Source: Alkalispirochaeta sp.
GTDB taxonomy: Bacteria > Spirochaetota > Spirochaetia > DSM-27196 > Alkalispirochaetaceae
Direction of reading: 5' to 3'
NCBI GenBank assembly: GCA_965601925.1
Contig: OZ271854.1
Coordinates: 1,344,001-1,408,000, forward strand
Length of the DNA stretch: 64,000 nt
Below are positions 18,859 to 28,510 of this stretch, in pieces. How positions within the stretch are numbered: the first letter of the stretch is position 1; the number at the start of each line of letters is the position of its first letter. Both the position numbers and the translations under genes were made by a program. The notes below the pieces were generated by a model that worked only from the letters and a program-made list of their open reading frames with translations, searched no databases and had not been told where the DNA came from.

Positions 18859-18916
18859 ATTCGATCTCCTCTACATCACGAACAACAATGCTCGCAGACT
18901 ATCCGGTGTGCTGCGC

Positions 18917-18946
18917 AGTGTAGTATCACAGGTCAAACGTTGTCAA
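18917..18946 (-). promoter_or_regulatory. Putative sigma70 promoter for the TPR lipoprotein
   Basis: Minus strand TTGACA (18946-18941), 18 nt spacer, TACACT (18922-18917), with an AT-rich tract upstream. Confidence 0.5.
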
Positions 18947-19211
18947 TTTTATCAATACATTATAAATACGTGTATGCGTGATGAAACCGGCTAAAAATGA
19001 AACACTGCCGCGCCGTGGGATGGCGAGAAGACGGCATCACGATGTACCTGCCGGATATATCGTCGATAGACCGCGCCCGATGCACGAACGACACGCCACC
19101 CCTCCTGCGTCCGAGTATAGGATCGATCAGCCGGGTCCTCCGCCGACAACCACCGTCACTCGACGAAGTTTTTGTCGTGTCAGTCGCACGATCCTATAGT
19201 ATTATCTTCGC

Positions 19212-19940
19212 GTGGGTGACTTGAGAGTCCTCCTTGTCGACGACGAACCTCCGATTCTGCACGGCCTCCGACACCACGTACCGTGGAGAGAGCTCGGGTT
19301 CGAGGTCGTGGCGACGTGCACCGACGGTAACGCGGCGTTATCGATCCTTCGAGACCGCCCGGTAGACGTGGTCCTGTCGGATATACGGATGCCGAATCTG
19401 GACGGACTCGAGTTGTGTCGAATCGCTCGGGGCGAATTTCCCGATCTGGTAGTCATTCTTCTCACGGCGTTCAAGGACTTCGAGTACGCACGGCGCGCGG
19501 TTGAGATCGGAGCGTGGCGCTATCTTCTCAAACCGACGAACTTCCCGGCACTGTACGCCGCTCTGGAAGAACTCCATTGTGCATCGCGGGAGAACGCATC
19601 GAGTGATCGCTTTGCCGGCGGCCTCGCGGAACGGGTAACGGCGTGGGTGGAGAGCCACTTTCAGGAGGCAACCTTGGAACGAGCGGCGGCGGCGGTAGGA
19701 CTCAATCCACAGTATGTAAGCCGGCGTTTCTCTGAGTTGACCGGTGACCACTTCTCGGAGCTTGTACAAAGAACGCGTATGAAACACGCTGCGCGCCTCC
19801 TACGCGGGAGTCGTTACCGCACCTATGAGATCAGTCGCATCGTCGGGTACTCCAGTCCCAAGAACTTCACTCGCCGTTTTCGGGAGTTCTACGGAACTTC
19901 GCCGTCGGCATTCCGTCGCTCTGAGGCTTCGGACGAGTAA
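19212..19940 (+). CDS. YesN-type response regulator (receiver + AraC HTH)
   Basis: VLLVDDE, SDIRMPNLDGLE, YLLKP receiver motifs; C-terminal EISRIVGYSSPKNFTRRFREFYGTSP AraC motif. Confidence 0.92.
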   Translation: MGDLRVLLVDDEPPILHGLRHHVPWRELGFEVVATCTDGNAALSILRDRPVDVVLSDIRMPNLDGLELCRIARGEFPDLVVILLTAFKDFEYARRAVEIGAWRYLLKPTNFPALYAALEELHCASRENASSDRFAGGLAERVTAWVESHFQEATLERAAAAVGLNPQYVSRRFSELTGDHFSELVQRTRMKHAARLLRGSRYRTYEISRIVGYSSPKNFTRRFREFYGTSPSAFRRSEASDE

Positions 19941-21640
19941 CGACGGTACGGTAGACGTATCTCGACGACGAAACCGGCATCGTGCTCGGAGTGAATCGCG
20001 AGCGACGAGTGTTCCGGGAAGGCGAGCTTGAGCCGACGATACGAGTTGAGGAGTCCAACGTGCTCGGTGAAAACGCCGTCGTGTGCATCCAGACGCTCGC
20101 AGAGTTCCGCAAGCTGCAGCGCGTCTACCCCCCTCCCCGAATCGGCGATCCGCAGCACAATCACGCCGCCGTCGCGTCGCACCGAGATATCGACCGTCCC
20201 GCCCTCCGGTAGTCCGCGGATGCCGTGACAGATCGCGTTTTCCAACAACGGCTGAATGAGCATCGGAATCACCGCAGCGTCGAGGGTCGCCGAGTCGATC
20301 TCCCACGAGTCGCGGAGCATCTCTCCGTAGCGATGCTTCTGAAGCACCATGTAGGTGCGGCTATTCTCAATCTCCTCTCCGAGGGAGACGAAACGGCTGG
20401 GAGTGCGTAGGGCGAACTTAAGAATTGCAGAGAGGTTGGAGATCATATCATTGATCTCCGTGGGCCGACCGCCGGTGTGATCCAGGCACTTCCAGTTGAT
20501 CACTTCCAGGGTGTTGAACAGAAAGTGGGGATTCATCTGGGACCGTAAAAAGAGGAGCTCGAGGGCGCGTTCGCGAAGCGCCTTTTCCGAGAGCTGGACC
20601 TCCAGATACTTCTTCCTCATAACGGTGCGCAGCAAATGATAGGTGATGTAGCTAAATCCTTTCTGAGAATATGCGGTGATATCGGGGAGCTCTTGCCCAT
20701 GATCCTCGCGATCGATGATGGAAAGCGCCTCCCGGACGTATGCGAAGTGCTTGAGGGTTAAGATGAGTGCGATCACCACACCGAACACGCATGCGGCGAC
20801 GGCGATGGCGACGGATATGCGAAACATCGTCTCCGCCGGAGCGAGAAAGACCGAGCGCGGCGTATAGAGCTCGTAGCGCCATTCACTACGGGATACGCGG
20901 GACGATATCTGGTAGTCGATCACACGATCGGGCAGCGTCCCGAAGAGGTGTCGTCCATCGGGACCGTAAATGAGAAGCTCCTGTCCGGGATGCGTCCGCC
21001 GTCGCCCGACAAACGACTCCAACGCGTGGACCGAAATATTCAACACGATCGCGCCGCCCATCGACGGGCGTATCAAAGGAAAGATCCGACGGTAGATTGT
21101 AATGACGTCCTCGTCGGCTACTGCGAGACCGGAGAGGCCGCGAAATACGCGCCGCTCCACGGTGGTATCGACGGTCGGGTCCATCGCGTTATACGAATCG
21201 AGCCACACCGTATCGGGCATGGCGTCAGCTGAGACGACGCCGAACTCGCTCGTAAACACGGCTTGTGGATAGTCGTCGAAAAAAACGTACACGCTATGGA
21301 GCGGATCGCGGGCGTACACCGACGGATTCAAGAGCCCCTGAATCATGACCACTGTGCGATGACTCCGATAGTCTTCACTGCGCTGCTCGAGCCCTTCGCG
21401 GAATTCGACCAACAGATCCGAGGACGAACTGAGGGCGATGCCGGTCGCGTCCAACTCGGTGATGAACGCCTCCACCGACTGCTCCATCTGGAAGAGAATC
21501 CCCTCGTGCAGGCGCGAAAGCTCTCGCTCGGCGGTATGGCGGGTATAAAAGACGGATACCAGACCGACGATGAGAAGAATCGCCACCGGGATGAGGGTCA
21601 TGACGAGATACCGCAGGAAGAGGTTTATCTTAAGCTTCAC
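19889..21640 (-). CDS. YesM-type sensor histidine kinase
   Basis: Two TM helices around a periplasmic sensor; LRSQMNPHFLFNTL, QPLLENAICHG, DSGRG and GLLN motifs; start placed at GTG 21640 (uncertain). Confidence 0.9.
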   Translation of the reverse strand: MKLKINLFLRYLVMTLIPVAILLIVGLVSVFYTRHTAERELSRLHEGILFQMEQSVEAFITELDATGIALSSSSDLLVEFREGLEQRSEDYRSHRTVVMIQGLLNPSVYARDPLHSVYVFFDDYPQAVFTSEFGVVSADAMPDTVWLDSYNAMDPTVDTTVERRVFRGLSGLAVADEDVITIYRRIFPLIRPSMGGAIVLNISVHALESFVGRRRTHPGQELLIYGPDGRHLFGTLPDRVIDYQISSRVSRSEWRYELYTPRSVFLAPAETMFRISVAIAVAACVFGVVIALILTLKHFAYVREALSIIDREDHGQELPDITAYSQKGFSYITYHLLRTVMRKKYLEVQLSEKALRERALELLFLRSQMNPHFLFNTLEVINWKCLDHTGGRPTEINDMISNLSAILKFALRTPSRFVSLGEEIENSRTYMVLQKHRYGEMLRDSWEIDSATLDAAVIPMLIQPLLENAICHGIRGLPEGGTVDISVRRDGGVIVLRIADSGRGVDALQLAELCERLDAHDGVFTEHVGLLNSYRRLKLAFPEHSSLAIHSEHDAGFVVEIRLPYRRYSSEASERRNADGEVP

Positions 21641-21727
21641 GACGGTATGGTACCATGGGTGATGCCGCTTCTCGTGTGTGGACTCCCGGGCGAACCTCTG
21701 CAATAGTGGTCGCGAGGAGACTGGACG

Positions 21728-23983
21728 ATGAGCGACGGCCCGAACGGCGTATTCCCCTTTCGTAACACCGCATTATCCATCGACGCGCGGCTGGACGATC
21801 TGATGGCGCGCTTGACCACGGAGCAAAAACTGGCGCAGATGAGCCATCGTGCGCCGGCGATCGACGAGCTCGGAGTGCCGGCGTACAACTGGTGGAACGA
21901 GGCGCTCCACGGTATCGCGCGCGCCGGGTCGGCGACCGTGTTTCCCCAAGCGATCGCCATGGCCGCGACCTTCGACCCGGACCTGGTGGGCCGTGTCGCG
22001 GCTGCGGTCAGCGTGGAGGGTCGCGCAAAGTTCAACGCCGTGTACCGCCTTCGAGGCGAGACCGAACAGTACCAGGGACTCACCTACTGGACTCCCAACG
22101 TCAACATCGTTCGCGATCCGCGCTGGGGTCGCGGCCAGGAGACGTGGGGCGAGGATCCGTACCTTACGGCGACACTCGCCTCCCGCTACGCGATGGGCCT
22201 TCAGTACGGGGCAACGGGTACCGAGAGAGAGGAACCCGACTATCTCATGGGCGCCGCGTGCGCCAAACATTTTGCCGTCCACAGCGGGCCGGAGGCGTTA
22301 CGACACGAGTTCGACGCTCGGGTCTCTCCACGCGATCTATGGGAGACGTATCTACCGGCCTTTGAGGCGCTCGTCGATGCGGGAGTCGAGGCGGTCATGG
22401 GCGCATACAATCGCGTCAACGGCGAACCCGCCTGCGGCAGTCGCACGTTGCTGCAGGACGTCTTGCGCGACCGGTGGCGTTTCGCGGGCCACGTCGTATC
22501 CGACTGTTGGGCGGTGCGCGATTTTCATACCAAGCACGGTGTCACCGCCACACCCGCGGAATCGGCGGCGCGCGCGATCGGAAGCGGGTGCGATCTCAAC
22601 TGTGGAGACACGTATCCGCACGCCGCTGCGGCCCTGGAGGCCGCGCTCCTCTCGGAGGAGGAGATCGATCGCGCCGCGCGTCGAGTGCTCCGCACGCGCC
22701 TCCGCCTGGGACTCCTGAATCGCGACGAAGAAATTCCATATCGCGAAATCACCCCTGAAACGATCGCGTGGGACCGACATCACGAGCTCGCCCGACTCAC
22801 CGCCGAACGGGCGTGCGTCCTCTTGAAGAATGACGGAGGAGCGCTCCCCTTTGACGAGTCGGTGCGGAGCATCTATGTCACCGGACCGTATGCGACGGAT
22901 GTCGACGCGTTAATGGGCAACTACTACGGTACGGGCACGCGATACGTAACGGTCCTCGAGGCTACGGCCCGACGCGCCGGCCACGCGATCAAAGTGGAGT
23001 ATCGGCCGGGCTGCCTCCCAGACCGCGCAAACGCAAACCGGTCGATGTGGGGCGCCTCCGAGGCCGCCGATGCCGACGTCGCGGTAGTCGTCATGGGTCA
23101 ACATCCCTTGAGCGAAGGAGAGGAGGGCGACGCGATCGCCTCGCCTACCCGCGGAGACAGGGAGCGCATCGAGCTACCGGAACACCACGTCGAGTATCTC
23201 CGGGAGTTGCGACGCCGAGGCGCCCGTATCGTTCTCGTCCTCATGGGCGGAAGCGCTGCGGCACTTGCCGAAGTCGAGCGCCTTGTCGATGCGATTCTCG
23301 TGGCGTGGTACCCCGGACAAGCCGGGGGCGAGGCGATCGCGCGAATCCTCTTCGGAGACGCGGCGCCGTCGGGCAGACTCCCGGTGAGTTTTCCCCGTGC
23401 GACCGAAGACCTCCCGCCGTTCGAAGACTATCGAATGGGGAATCGCACCTATCGCTTCGATGATCGCGCTTTGTATCCCTTCGGGTTCGGACTGTCGTAC
23501 GGGACGGTGGAATACGTCGGAGCCTCGCTGGTGGGCCGCATCCCGAGCGAGTATACCGACGGCTCGGTTGCCGTTCCCGGTGCGTGTTTCGACTACGTCG
23601 GAGGTTCGGGACGATGCGGCACACCGTTCCCGGACGTCTCGATCACCATACGCGTTCAACTCAAGAATGCGACGACGTGGGATGTAACCGAGCCGATCCA
23701 ATGCTACCGCTCGTACGGGAGCGACGGCCGGGGCCCGTGGGCACTATGCGGTATTCATTCGGTGACGGTATCGGCACAAACGGAGTGCGCCGTCGAGTTC
23801 TCGGTGCACCTCAGGTGGCTGGCGCGTGTCGACGAGGCCGGCGTGCTGAAGCTCCCCGAAGGAGATCCGATCGAGCTCGCGGTGGGAGGCGTGTCCCCGG
23901 CATACGAAGATCGGGTCGACGCGATCGCACCGACACGACGAATGCGCATCGCCTTTCACCGTGCCGAGGAGCCGCGCCGGTAA
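21728..23983 (+). CDS. Glycoside hydrolase family 3 (beta-xylosidase/beta-glucosidase-like)
   Basis: WWNEALHG, RDPRWGRGQETWGEDP, KHFAVH, VVSDCWA (nucleophile Asp), YPFGFGLSY; GAGGAG RBS; no signal peptide. Confidence 0.93.
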   Translation: MSDGPNGVFPFRNTALSIDARLDDLMARLTTEQKLAQMSHRAPAIDELGVPAYNWWNEALHGIARAGSATVFPQAIAMAATFDPDLVGRVAAAVSVEGRAKFNAVYRLRGETEQYQGLTYWTPNVNIVRDPRWGRGQETWGEDPYLTATLASRYAMGLQYGATGTEREEPDYLMGAACAKHFAVHSGPEALRHEFDARVSPRDLWETYLPAFEALVDAGVEAVMGAYNRVNGEPACGSRTLLQDVLRDRWRFAGHVVSDCWAVRDFHTKHGVTATPAESAARAIGSGCDLNCGDTYPHAAAALEAALLSEEEIDRAARRVLRTRLRLGLLNRDEEIPYREITPETIAWDRHHELARLTAERACVLLKNDGGALPFDESVRSIYVTGPYATDVDALMGNYYGTGTRYVTVLEATARRAGHAIKVEYRPGCLPDRANANRSMWGASEAADADVAVVVMGQHPLSEGEEGDAIASPTRGDRERIELPEHHVEYLRELRRRGARIVLVLMGGSAAALAEVERLVDAILVAWYPGQAGGEAIARILFGDAAPSGRLPVSFPRATEDLPPFEDYRMGNRTYRFDDRALYPFGFGLSYGTVEYVGASLVGRIPSEYTDGSVAVPGACFDYVGGSGRCGTPFPDVSITIRVQLKNATTWDVTEPIQCYRSYGSDGRGPWALCGIHSVTVSAQTECAVEFSVHLRWLARVDEAGVLKLPEGDPIELAVGGVSPAYEDRVDAIAPTRRMRIAFHRAEEPRR

Positions 23984-23995
23984 CGGTAGCCCCAC

Positions 23996-25255
23996 CTATG
24001 AGAGCGAGGCGTATCGTACCGGACCTTCGACGCGATGGATGCGCGAGGCCCACGGCACCCCCAGCTCGGACGGAAGGCGTTGCGATACAAACGCTCGACG
24101 GGCGTCCTCCTCCAGCCCCACGATTGCTCGTTGCGAGTCGTCGGGAAGGGAAATCTCGCGCCAATGCGCCGGGTCCAATCCGGCAATCGGAAAACCGGGA
24201 GCACCCTCCCCGCCGAATGCGGCGACGACGACGGCGGTGTGCCGAGCCGCGCTCTCGATTCCCGTCCCCACCGTTCCATGCGACTCCAAGGCACGACGTA
24301 TGGGCAACCCGTTAAACCGGACGTCCATCGTCTCATCGTGGATGATCGTCCACTGCCCGCCGCCGCGCCGCATCTCAAGCCGAGCAGGGAAGGACCAGCG
24401 AAAGGCTCCGTCGCTCCCATCGACGACGATCTCCGGGTTGAATCGCTCGGCACAACTGTGGGCGGCAAGATAATAAAGCGACGGTGCCGGCGACCGATTC
24501 GGCGTGCCGCCCCCGTCGTCAACGGATCGGTTGACGACTCTGAGCACCTGTAGGTCGGCGGTTTCGATGTCGTAGACGCGGGCGTGCTCGGCTACGAGAC
24601 GATCGGGAAGGTAGCCCGCCCGATGAACGATCTCGATTCCCGCGTGCAGAAAATGGGCCGTTGCATTCTGAATCGGGCTGTCGAGTACTGTGCGGCCTTC
24701 GACCGAAAGTCGTCCGGCCCACCCGTTTCGTCCGTAATAGGATCGTCGCCGCGGCCACAGAACCCACGCTCGAATCGCCGATACGGTGCCGATCTCTCCG
24801 GCGACGACGCGCTCGATCATTCCGCCGAGTGAGGCGCTCAAGGGATGTTGATACCCGAAGAGCAGGCGGCCCGGAGAGGCGGCCTCCGCAGCCGCCATGG
24901 ATACGATTTCTCGAAGCGACCCGGCGGCCGGCTTCTCACACATAACATCGAACCCCGCCCGGAGCCCACGGACCACCATCGGCTCGTGGAGTGCGATCGG
25001 CACCGGAAGTACCAACAGATCGCGCGAACCCGGTTCCGGATCGTCCCGCTCTATGAGTTCGTCGAAGGTCTCCCGCACGGTCCAACCGGCACGGCGACGG
25101 GTCGCTGCGAGCATCTCCCATTCACCCTCGCGCGCGAACCGTCGATCGACTACCACCGAACCCAAGCGACATAAGCGGTCGGCCGCCAACGCCTCCACCT
25201 CCGCCGATAGTGTCTGGGCGTAACCACCGCCGCCGACCATATGTACACGTGTCAT
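23996..25255 (-). CDS. Gfo/Idh/MocA family oxidoreductase
   Basis: N-terminal Gly-rich Rossmann loop (VGGGGYA), VMCEKP, YYGRNGWAG and DSPIQNATAH motifs. Confidence 0.8.
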   Translation of the reverse strand: MTRVHMVGGGGYAQTLSAEVEALAADRLCRLGSVVVDRRFAREGEWEMLAATRRRAGWTVRETFDELIERDDPEPGSRDLLVLPVPIALHEPMVVRGLRAGFDVMCEKPAAGSLREIVSMAAAEAASPGRLLFGYQHPLSASLGGMIERVVAGEIGTVSAIRAWVLWPRRRSYYGRNGWAGRLSVEGRTVLDSPIQNATAHFLHAGIEIVHRAGYLPDRLVAEHARVYDIETADLQVLRVVNRSVDDGGGTPNRSPAPSLYYLAAHSCAERFNPEIVVDGSDGAFRWSFPARLEMRRGGGQWTIIHDETMDVRFNGLPIRRALESHGTVGTGIESAARHTAVVVAAFGGEGAPGFPIAGLDPAHWREISLPDDSQRAIVGLEEDARRAFVSQRLPSELGVPWASRIHRVEGPVRYASLS

Positions 25256-25304
25256 AGGCTGTGAGAGTATCCCGCGCGCCCCGGACGGTACAACGAGTAA
25301 TGAC

Positions 25305-26825
25305 TCATGATTGGCCGCCGGTCCGCCTCCGGCTCGTCGCCCATATGCGACGGACGACGGCGACGATCGTGGGACCGACGAGAATCGATACGGAGATCAG
25401 GATAAACGCAAGGCTGATGGGCCGCGTTACAAACGTAGACCATTGTCCGCGCGAGAGCATGAGGGATCGTCGCAGATTACTCTCGAACATCGGTCCGAGA
25501 ATGAGTCCCAAAATTACCGGCGCGACCGGATATCCCAGCTTGCGCAGGGCGAATCCGATGACGCCGCTGACGACGAGGACGCCGATATCGAACATCGAGT
25601 TGTTGATGGCATACGAGCCGATTAGACAGAACAACAGGATCGCCGGTATGAGGAAGCGCTTGGGAGTCGTTATGAGGCGCGAAAAATACCGCGCCCCGAT
25701 AAGTCCCAGCGCAGTCATGAAGACGACCGACAAGAGCAGGCTGATAAATATCGAGGAGACGAAGGGCATCTGTTGCTGAAACAATACGGGACCGGGCCTG
25801 AGCCCCTGAATGATGAGTCCGCCCATGAGCACAGCCGTCATCGGATCGCCGGGTATGCCGAGCGTCATCATCGGTATGAGTGCGCCGCCGGTGCTCGCGT
25901 TGTTGGCCGCCTCGGGAGCGGCGATACCGTCGGAGATGCCCGTCCCCAACAGCTCTCCGCGTTTCGAAAATCGCTTCTCCTGGCCGTACGCCACCAACGA
26001 GGCGATCGAACCGCCCGCGGCGGGTACCGCTCCGATGGCGACGCCGATGATCGAAGAGCGAACGATCGTCGGAGTCAGGCGCACAATCTCCCTGAAGGAG
26101 GGCAGTACGTTCTTCAGCTTTTGCGTAATCACGTTGACGTGCTGTCGCTCTGAGATCTGCACCAACATCTCCGACAGGCCGTATACACCGATCATGACCG
26201 GAATCTCGGATACGCCGTCGAACAACTCGGGACGCGAGAAGACGAAACGCGGATAGCTTCCGATCGGATCGAGCCCGACGGTACCGATTATCAGGCCCAG
26301 GGTGCCGGCGATCAGTCCCTTGACGGTCGACCCGGGGGAGATGATGGCGATAATACTCAGCCCGATGAGGGTGATGCCGACGTACTCCTCGGCGCTGAAC
26401 TGTAGGGCGATACCGGCGATGAGCGGCGCGGCGATCACGAGGATGAACACGCTGAACAGACCGCCCAGCCCGGAAGAGACGGTGGAAATCCCGATCGCCT
26501 CTCCCGCGCGGCCTTGGCGACACATCGGATAGCCGTCAAACCCGGTCGCGATCGCCGAAGGCGTACCGGGAATATTGATGAGAATCGCCGAGATCGAGCC
26601 GCCGTAGACGGCCCCCGAGTAGAGACCGAGCAAAAACGCAAAGGACTGTACCGCCGGCACGCCGAAGGTGAACGGGATGAATACCGCGATCGTCATCGTC
26701 GCGGTGAGGCCGGGAAGAGCCCCGAATACGATGCCGATCAACACGCCGAACAGCGAGTACACGAACATCATGGGATCTGCAAAATAGCTCAGCCCGGCGA
26801 TATAGAGATCGAACGACAACTCCAC
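25305..26825 (-). CDS. tctA: Tripartite tricarboxylate transporter large permease TctA
   Basis: GALPGL, YGGSISAILINIPGTP, APEAANNA, LGIPGD, GLRPGP and ILGPMFESNLRR motifs. Confidence 0.93.
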   Translation of the reverse strand: MELSFDLYIAGLSYFADPMMFVYSLFGVLIGIVFGALPGLTATMTIAVFIPFTFGVPAVQSFAFLLGLYSGAVYGGSISAILINIPGTPSAIATGFDGYPMCRQGRAGEAIGISTVSSGLGGLFSVFILVIAAPLIAGIALQFSAEEYVGITLIGLSIIAIISPGSTVKGLIAGTLGLIIGTVGLDPIGSYPRFVFSRPELFDGVSEIPVMIGVYGLSEMLVQISERQHVNVITQKLKNVLPSFREIVRLTPTIVRSSIIGVAIGAVPAAGGSIASLVAYGQEKRFSKRGELLGTGISDGIAAPEAANNASTGGALIPMMTLGIPGDPMTAVLMGGLIIQGLRPGPVLFQQQMPFVSSIFISLLLSVVFMTALGLIGARYFSRLITTPKRFLIPAILLFCLIGSYAINNSMFDIGVLVVSGVIGFALRKLGYPVAPVILGLILGPMFESNLRRSLMLSRGQWSTFVTRPISLAFILISVSILVGPTIVAVVRRIWATSRRRTGGQS

Positions 26826-26840
26826 AGTACCCTCTGCTTT

Positions 26841-27341
26841 CTATCGAAAGATGATCCCCGCAGGAAAGGGAATACGGAGAACGAGTCGGAACACGACGTA
26901 CGTTACGATAGTGATGGCGAATGTGACGACCGCTATCAGGACCAGCCGCCGACCGCGACGCGCCTCGGCGGACAATGCGTAGATGAGAGATCCGACAAAG
27001 AGAAATCCCGACGGTGCAAAACCGATAAGGCGAATGAGAAACGGATAGAGGACCAACAGTCCGAGGGTGACGCAAAACAGGAAGAACGCGTGTCGGTCCT
27101 TCCACACCCGCGCGCCGGTATCGCGTACTTCACCGTTCGCGGCGGTCACCGACAGAGCCCCGGCCATTTGAGCGGCCGAAAAGACGCCGAGCATCAGAGC
27201 CAGGAGTTTCGGATAAAACCCCGGACTGATCGCCGCCGCCTGATCGGGGCGCGTCGGAAAACGATGTGCATGAATGTAGAGCGCCGACGCGCCCAACGCC
27301 AAGAGCGCTCCGGAGACGAGATCCTTCTTATTGATCTTCAC
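26841..27341 (-). CDS. tctB: Tripartite tricarboxylate transporter small subunit TctB
   Basis: Four to five TM helices, SPGFYP and VFRLVLRIPFPAG motifs; GTG 27341 with GGAGGGG RBS; lies between tctC and tctA. Confidence 0.85.
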   Translation of the reverse strand: MKINKKDLVSGALLALGASALYIHAHRFPTRPDQAAAISPGFYPKLLALMLGVFSAAQMAGALSVTAANGEVRDTGARVWKDRHAFFLFCVTLGLLVLYPFLIRLIGFAPSGFLFVGSLIYALSAEARRGRRLVLIAVVTFAITIVTYVVFRLVLRIPFPAGIIFR

Positions 27342-27393
27342 GCGATCCCCTCCATGGGCCGCTGGGCTTGAGCACTCAAACGCCGAGTAGCGC

Positions 27394-27424
27394 AAAAAGC
27401 GCCCCGGGCCGATGACCCGGGGCG
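27394..27424 (-). terminator. Intrinsic terminator / mRNA-stabilising hairpin after tctC
   Basis: 9-bp stem CGCCCCGGG (27400-27408) / CCCGGGGCG (27416-27424) followed on the minus strand by a T5 run. Confidence 0.7.
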
Positions 27425-27461
27425 TTTCCGCATTGCGATTGCGGCCTTATCCAAGAACCGA

Positions 27462-28439
27462 TCAATCGTCGACAAACTCAATACCGAGATCGTTGACCAG
27501 GTACTCGAGCTGCTCTTCGGCGTCGCGCACGATCGCCGCAAAAGCCTCTCGGTCGGCAAATACGGGCTGAAAGCCGGCACCGAGGAGAAATTCGTTGATC
27601 TCCGGATCGATAACGGCAGCCTCGATCGCATCTTCGAGAACGGCGATGTACTCCTCGGGCGTGCCCGCAGGAGCGACGAATCCCGAGTAGTTGCCCATAA
27701 CCGCATCGATACCCAACTCTCGTAGCGTCGGGACGTCGGGATAGTTGGGGTGTCGTTCGGCGGCGGCGATCGCCAACATGCGCAACTCGCCCGTATCGAC
27801 GTACTGCGCCACATCGGGAAGTGGGATGTTGGTCATATCTACGTTGCCGGCCAAGAGTGCCGTAACCGCCTCGGCATATCCGGGGTAGGGAATGTGGTTC
27901 ATCTCGACGTCCGCCCGTGCCCCGAAGGTGAGGGCGTAGATGTGCGCGCTCGCGCCGTTACCCGAGTTCGAGTTGGTGAGCTCCCCGGGGTTGGCCCGAG
28001 CGTACTCCACAAGCTCTTCCAGAGTCGTCCACGGACTGTCGGCGTTGACCGTCACCGTCGCCGGAATGGAGATCACCTGAGCGATGAGTTCGACGTTGTT
28101 GATGTCCGGCGCCACCGGTGCCACATACCGAGCCGAGACGGTCGACATTGAAGTGGTACCGATGATGTATCCGTCGCCGTCGGAGTTCTCGATCTCGAGG
28201 GAGCCGACTACCCCGCCGCCGCCGGGTCTGTTCTCAACGACAAAGGGCACACCGAAGTTCTCTTCCAAATGCTCCGCGATCGGGCGCGTAAGTACGTCCG
28301 TCATCCCGCCTACGGACCACGGAATGATCACCCGCACGGTGCGATTCGGATATTGATCTCCCTCTTCCGCCTCTCCGGCAGCAAAGACGGCGGAACCAAC
28401 ACACACAACCATGATAAAAGCAACCAGTCTCTTTCTCAT
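27462..28439 (-). CDS. tctC: Tripartite tricarboxylate transporter substrate-binding protein TctC (Bug family)
   Basis: AAGGAGG RBS, signal peptide, YPNRTVRVIIPWSVGGMTD, VENRPGGGG, PDVPTLRELG motifs. Confidence 0.93.
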   Translation of the reverse strand: MRKRLVAFIMVVCVGSAVFAAGEAEEGDQYPNRTVRVIIPWSVGGMTDVLTRPIAEHLEENFGVPFVVENRPGGGGVVGSLEIENSDGDGYIIGTTSMSTVSARYVAPVAPDINNVELIAQVISIPATVTVNADSPWTTLEELVEYARANPGELTNSNSGNGASAHIYALTFGARADVEMNHIPYPGYAEAVTALLAGNVDMTNIPLPDVAQYVDTGELRMLAIAAAERHPNYPDVPTLRELGIDAVMGNYSGFVAPAGTPEEYIAVLEDAIEAAVIDPEINEFLLGAGFQPVFADREAFAAIVRDAEEQLEYLVNDLGIEFVDD

Positions 28440-28451
28440 GCGCCCTCCTTT

Positions 28452-28461
28452 TTGCATGCAA
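28452..28461. promoter_or_regulatory. Palindromic putative operator upstream of tctC
   Basis: TTGCATGCAA perfect palindrome just upstream of the tctC RBS; the same core recurs at 29573-29582. Confidence 0.55.
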
Positions 28462-28510
28462 TTTCTGATGGAAATTGTCACTCTCTTTGTCCGAGCTGTC
28501 AACGAATTTT

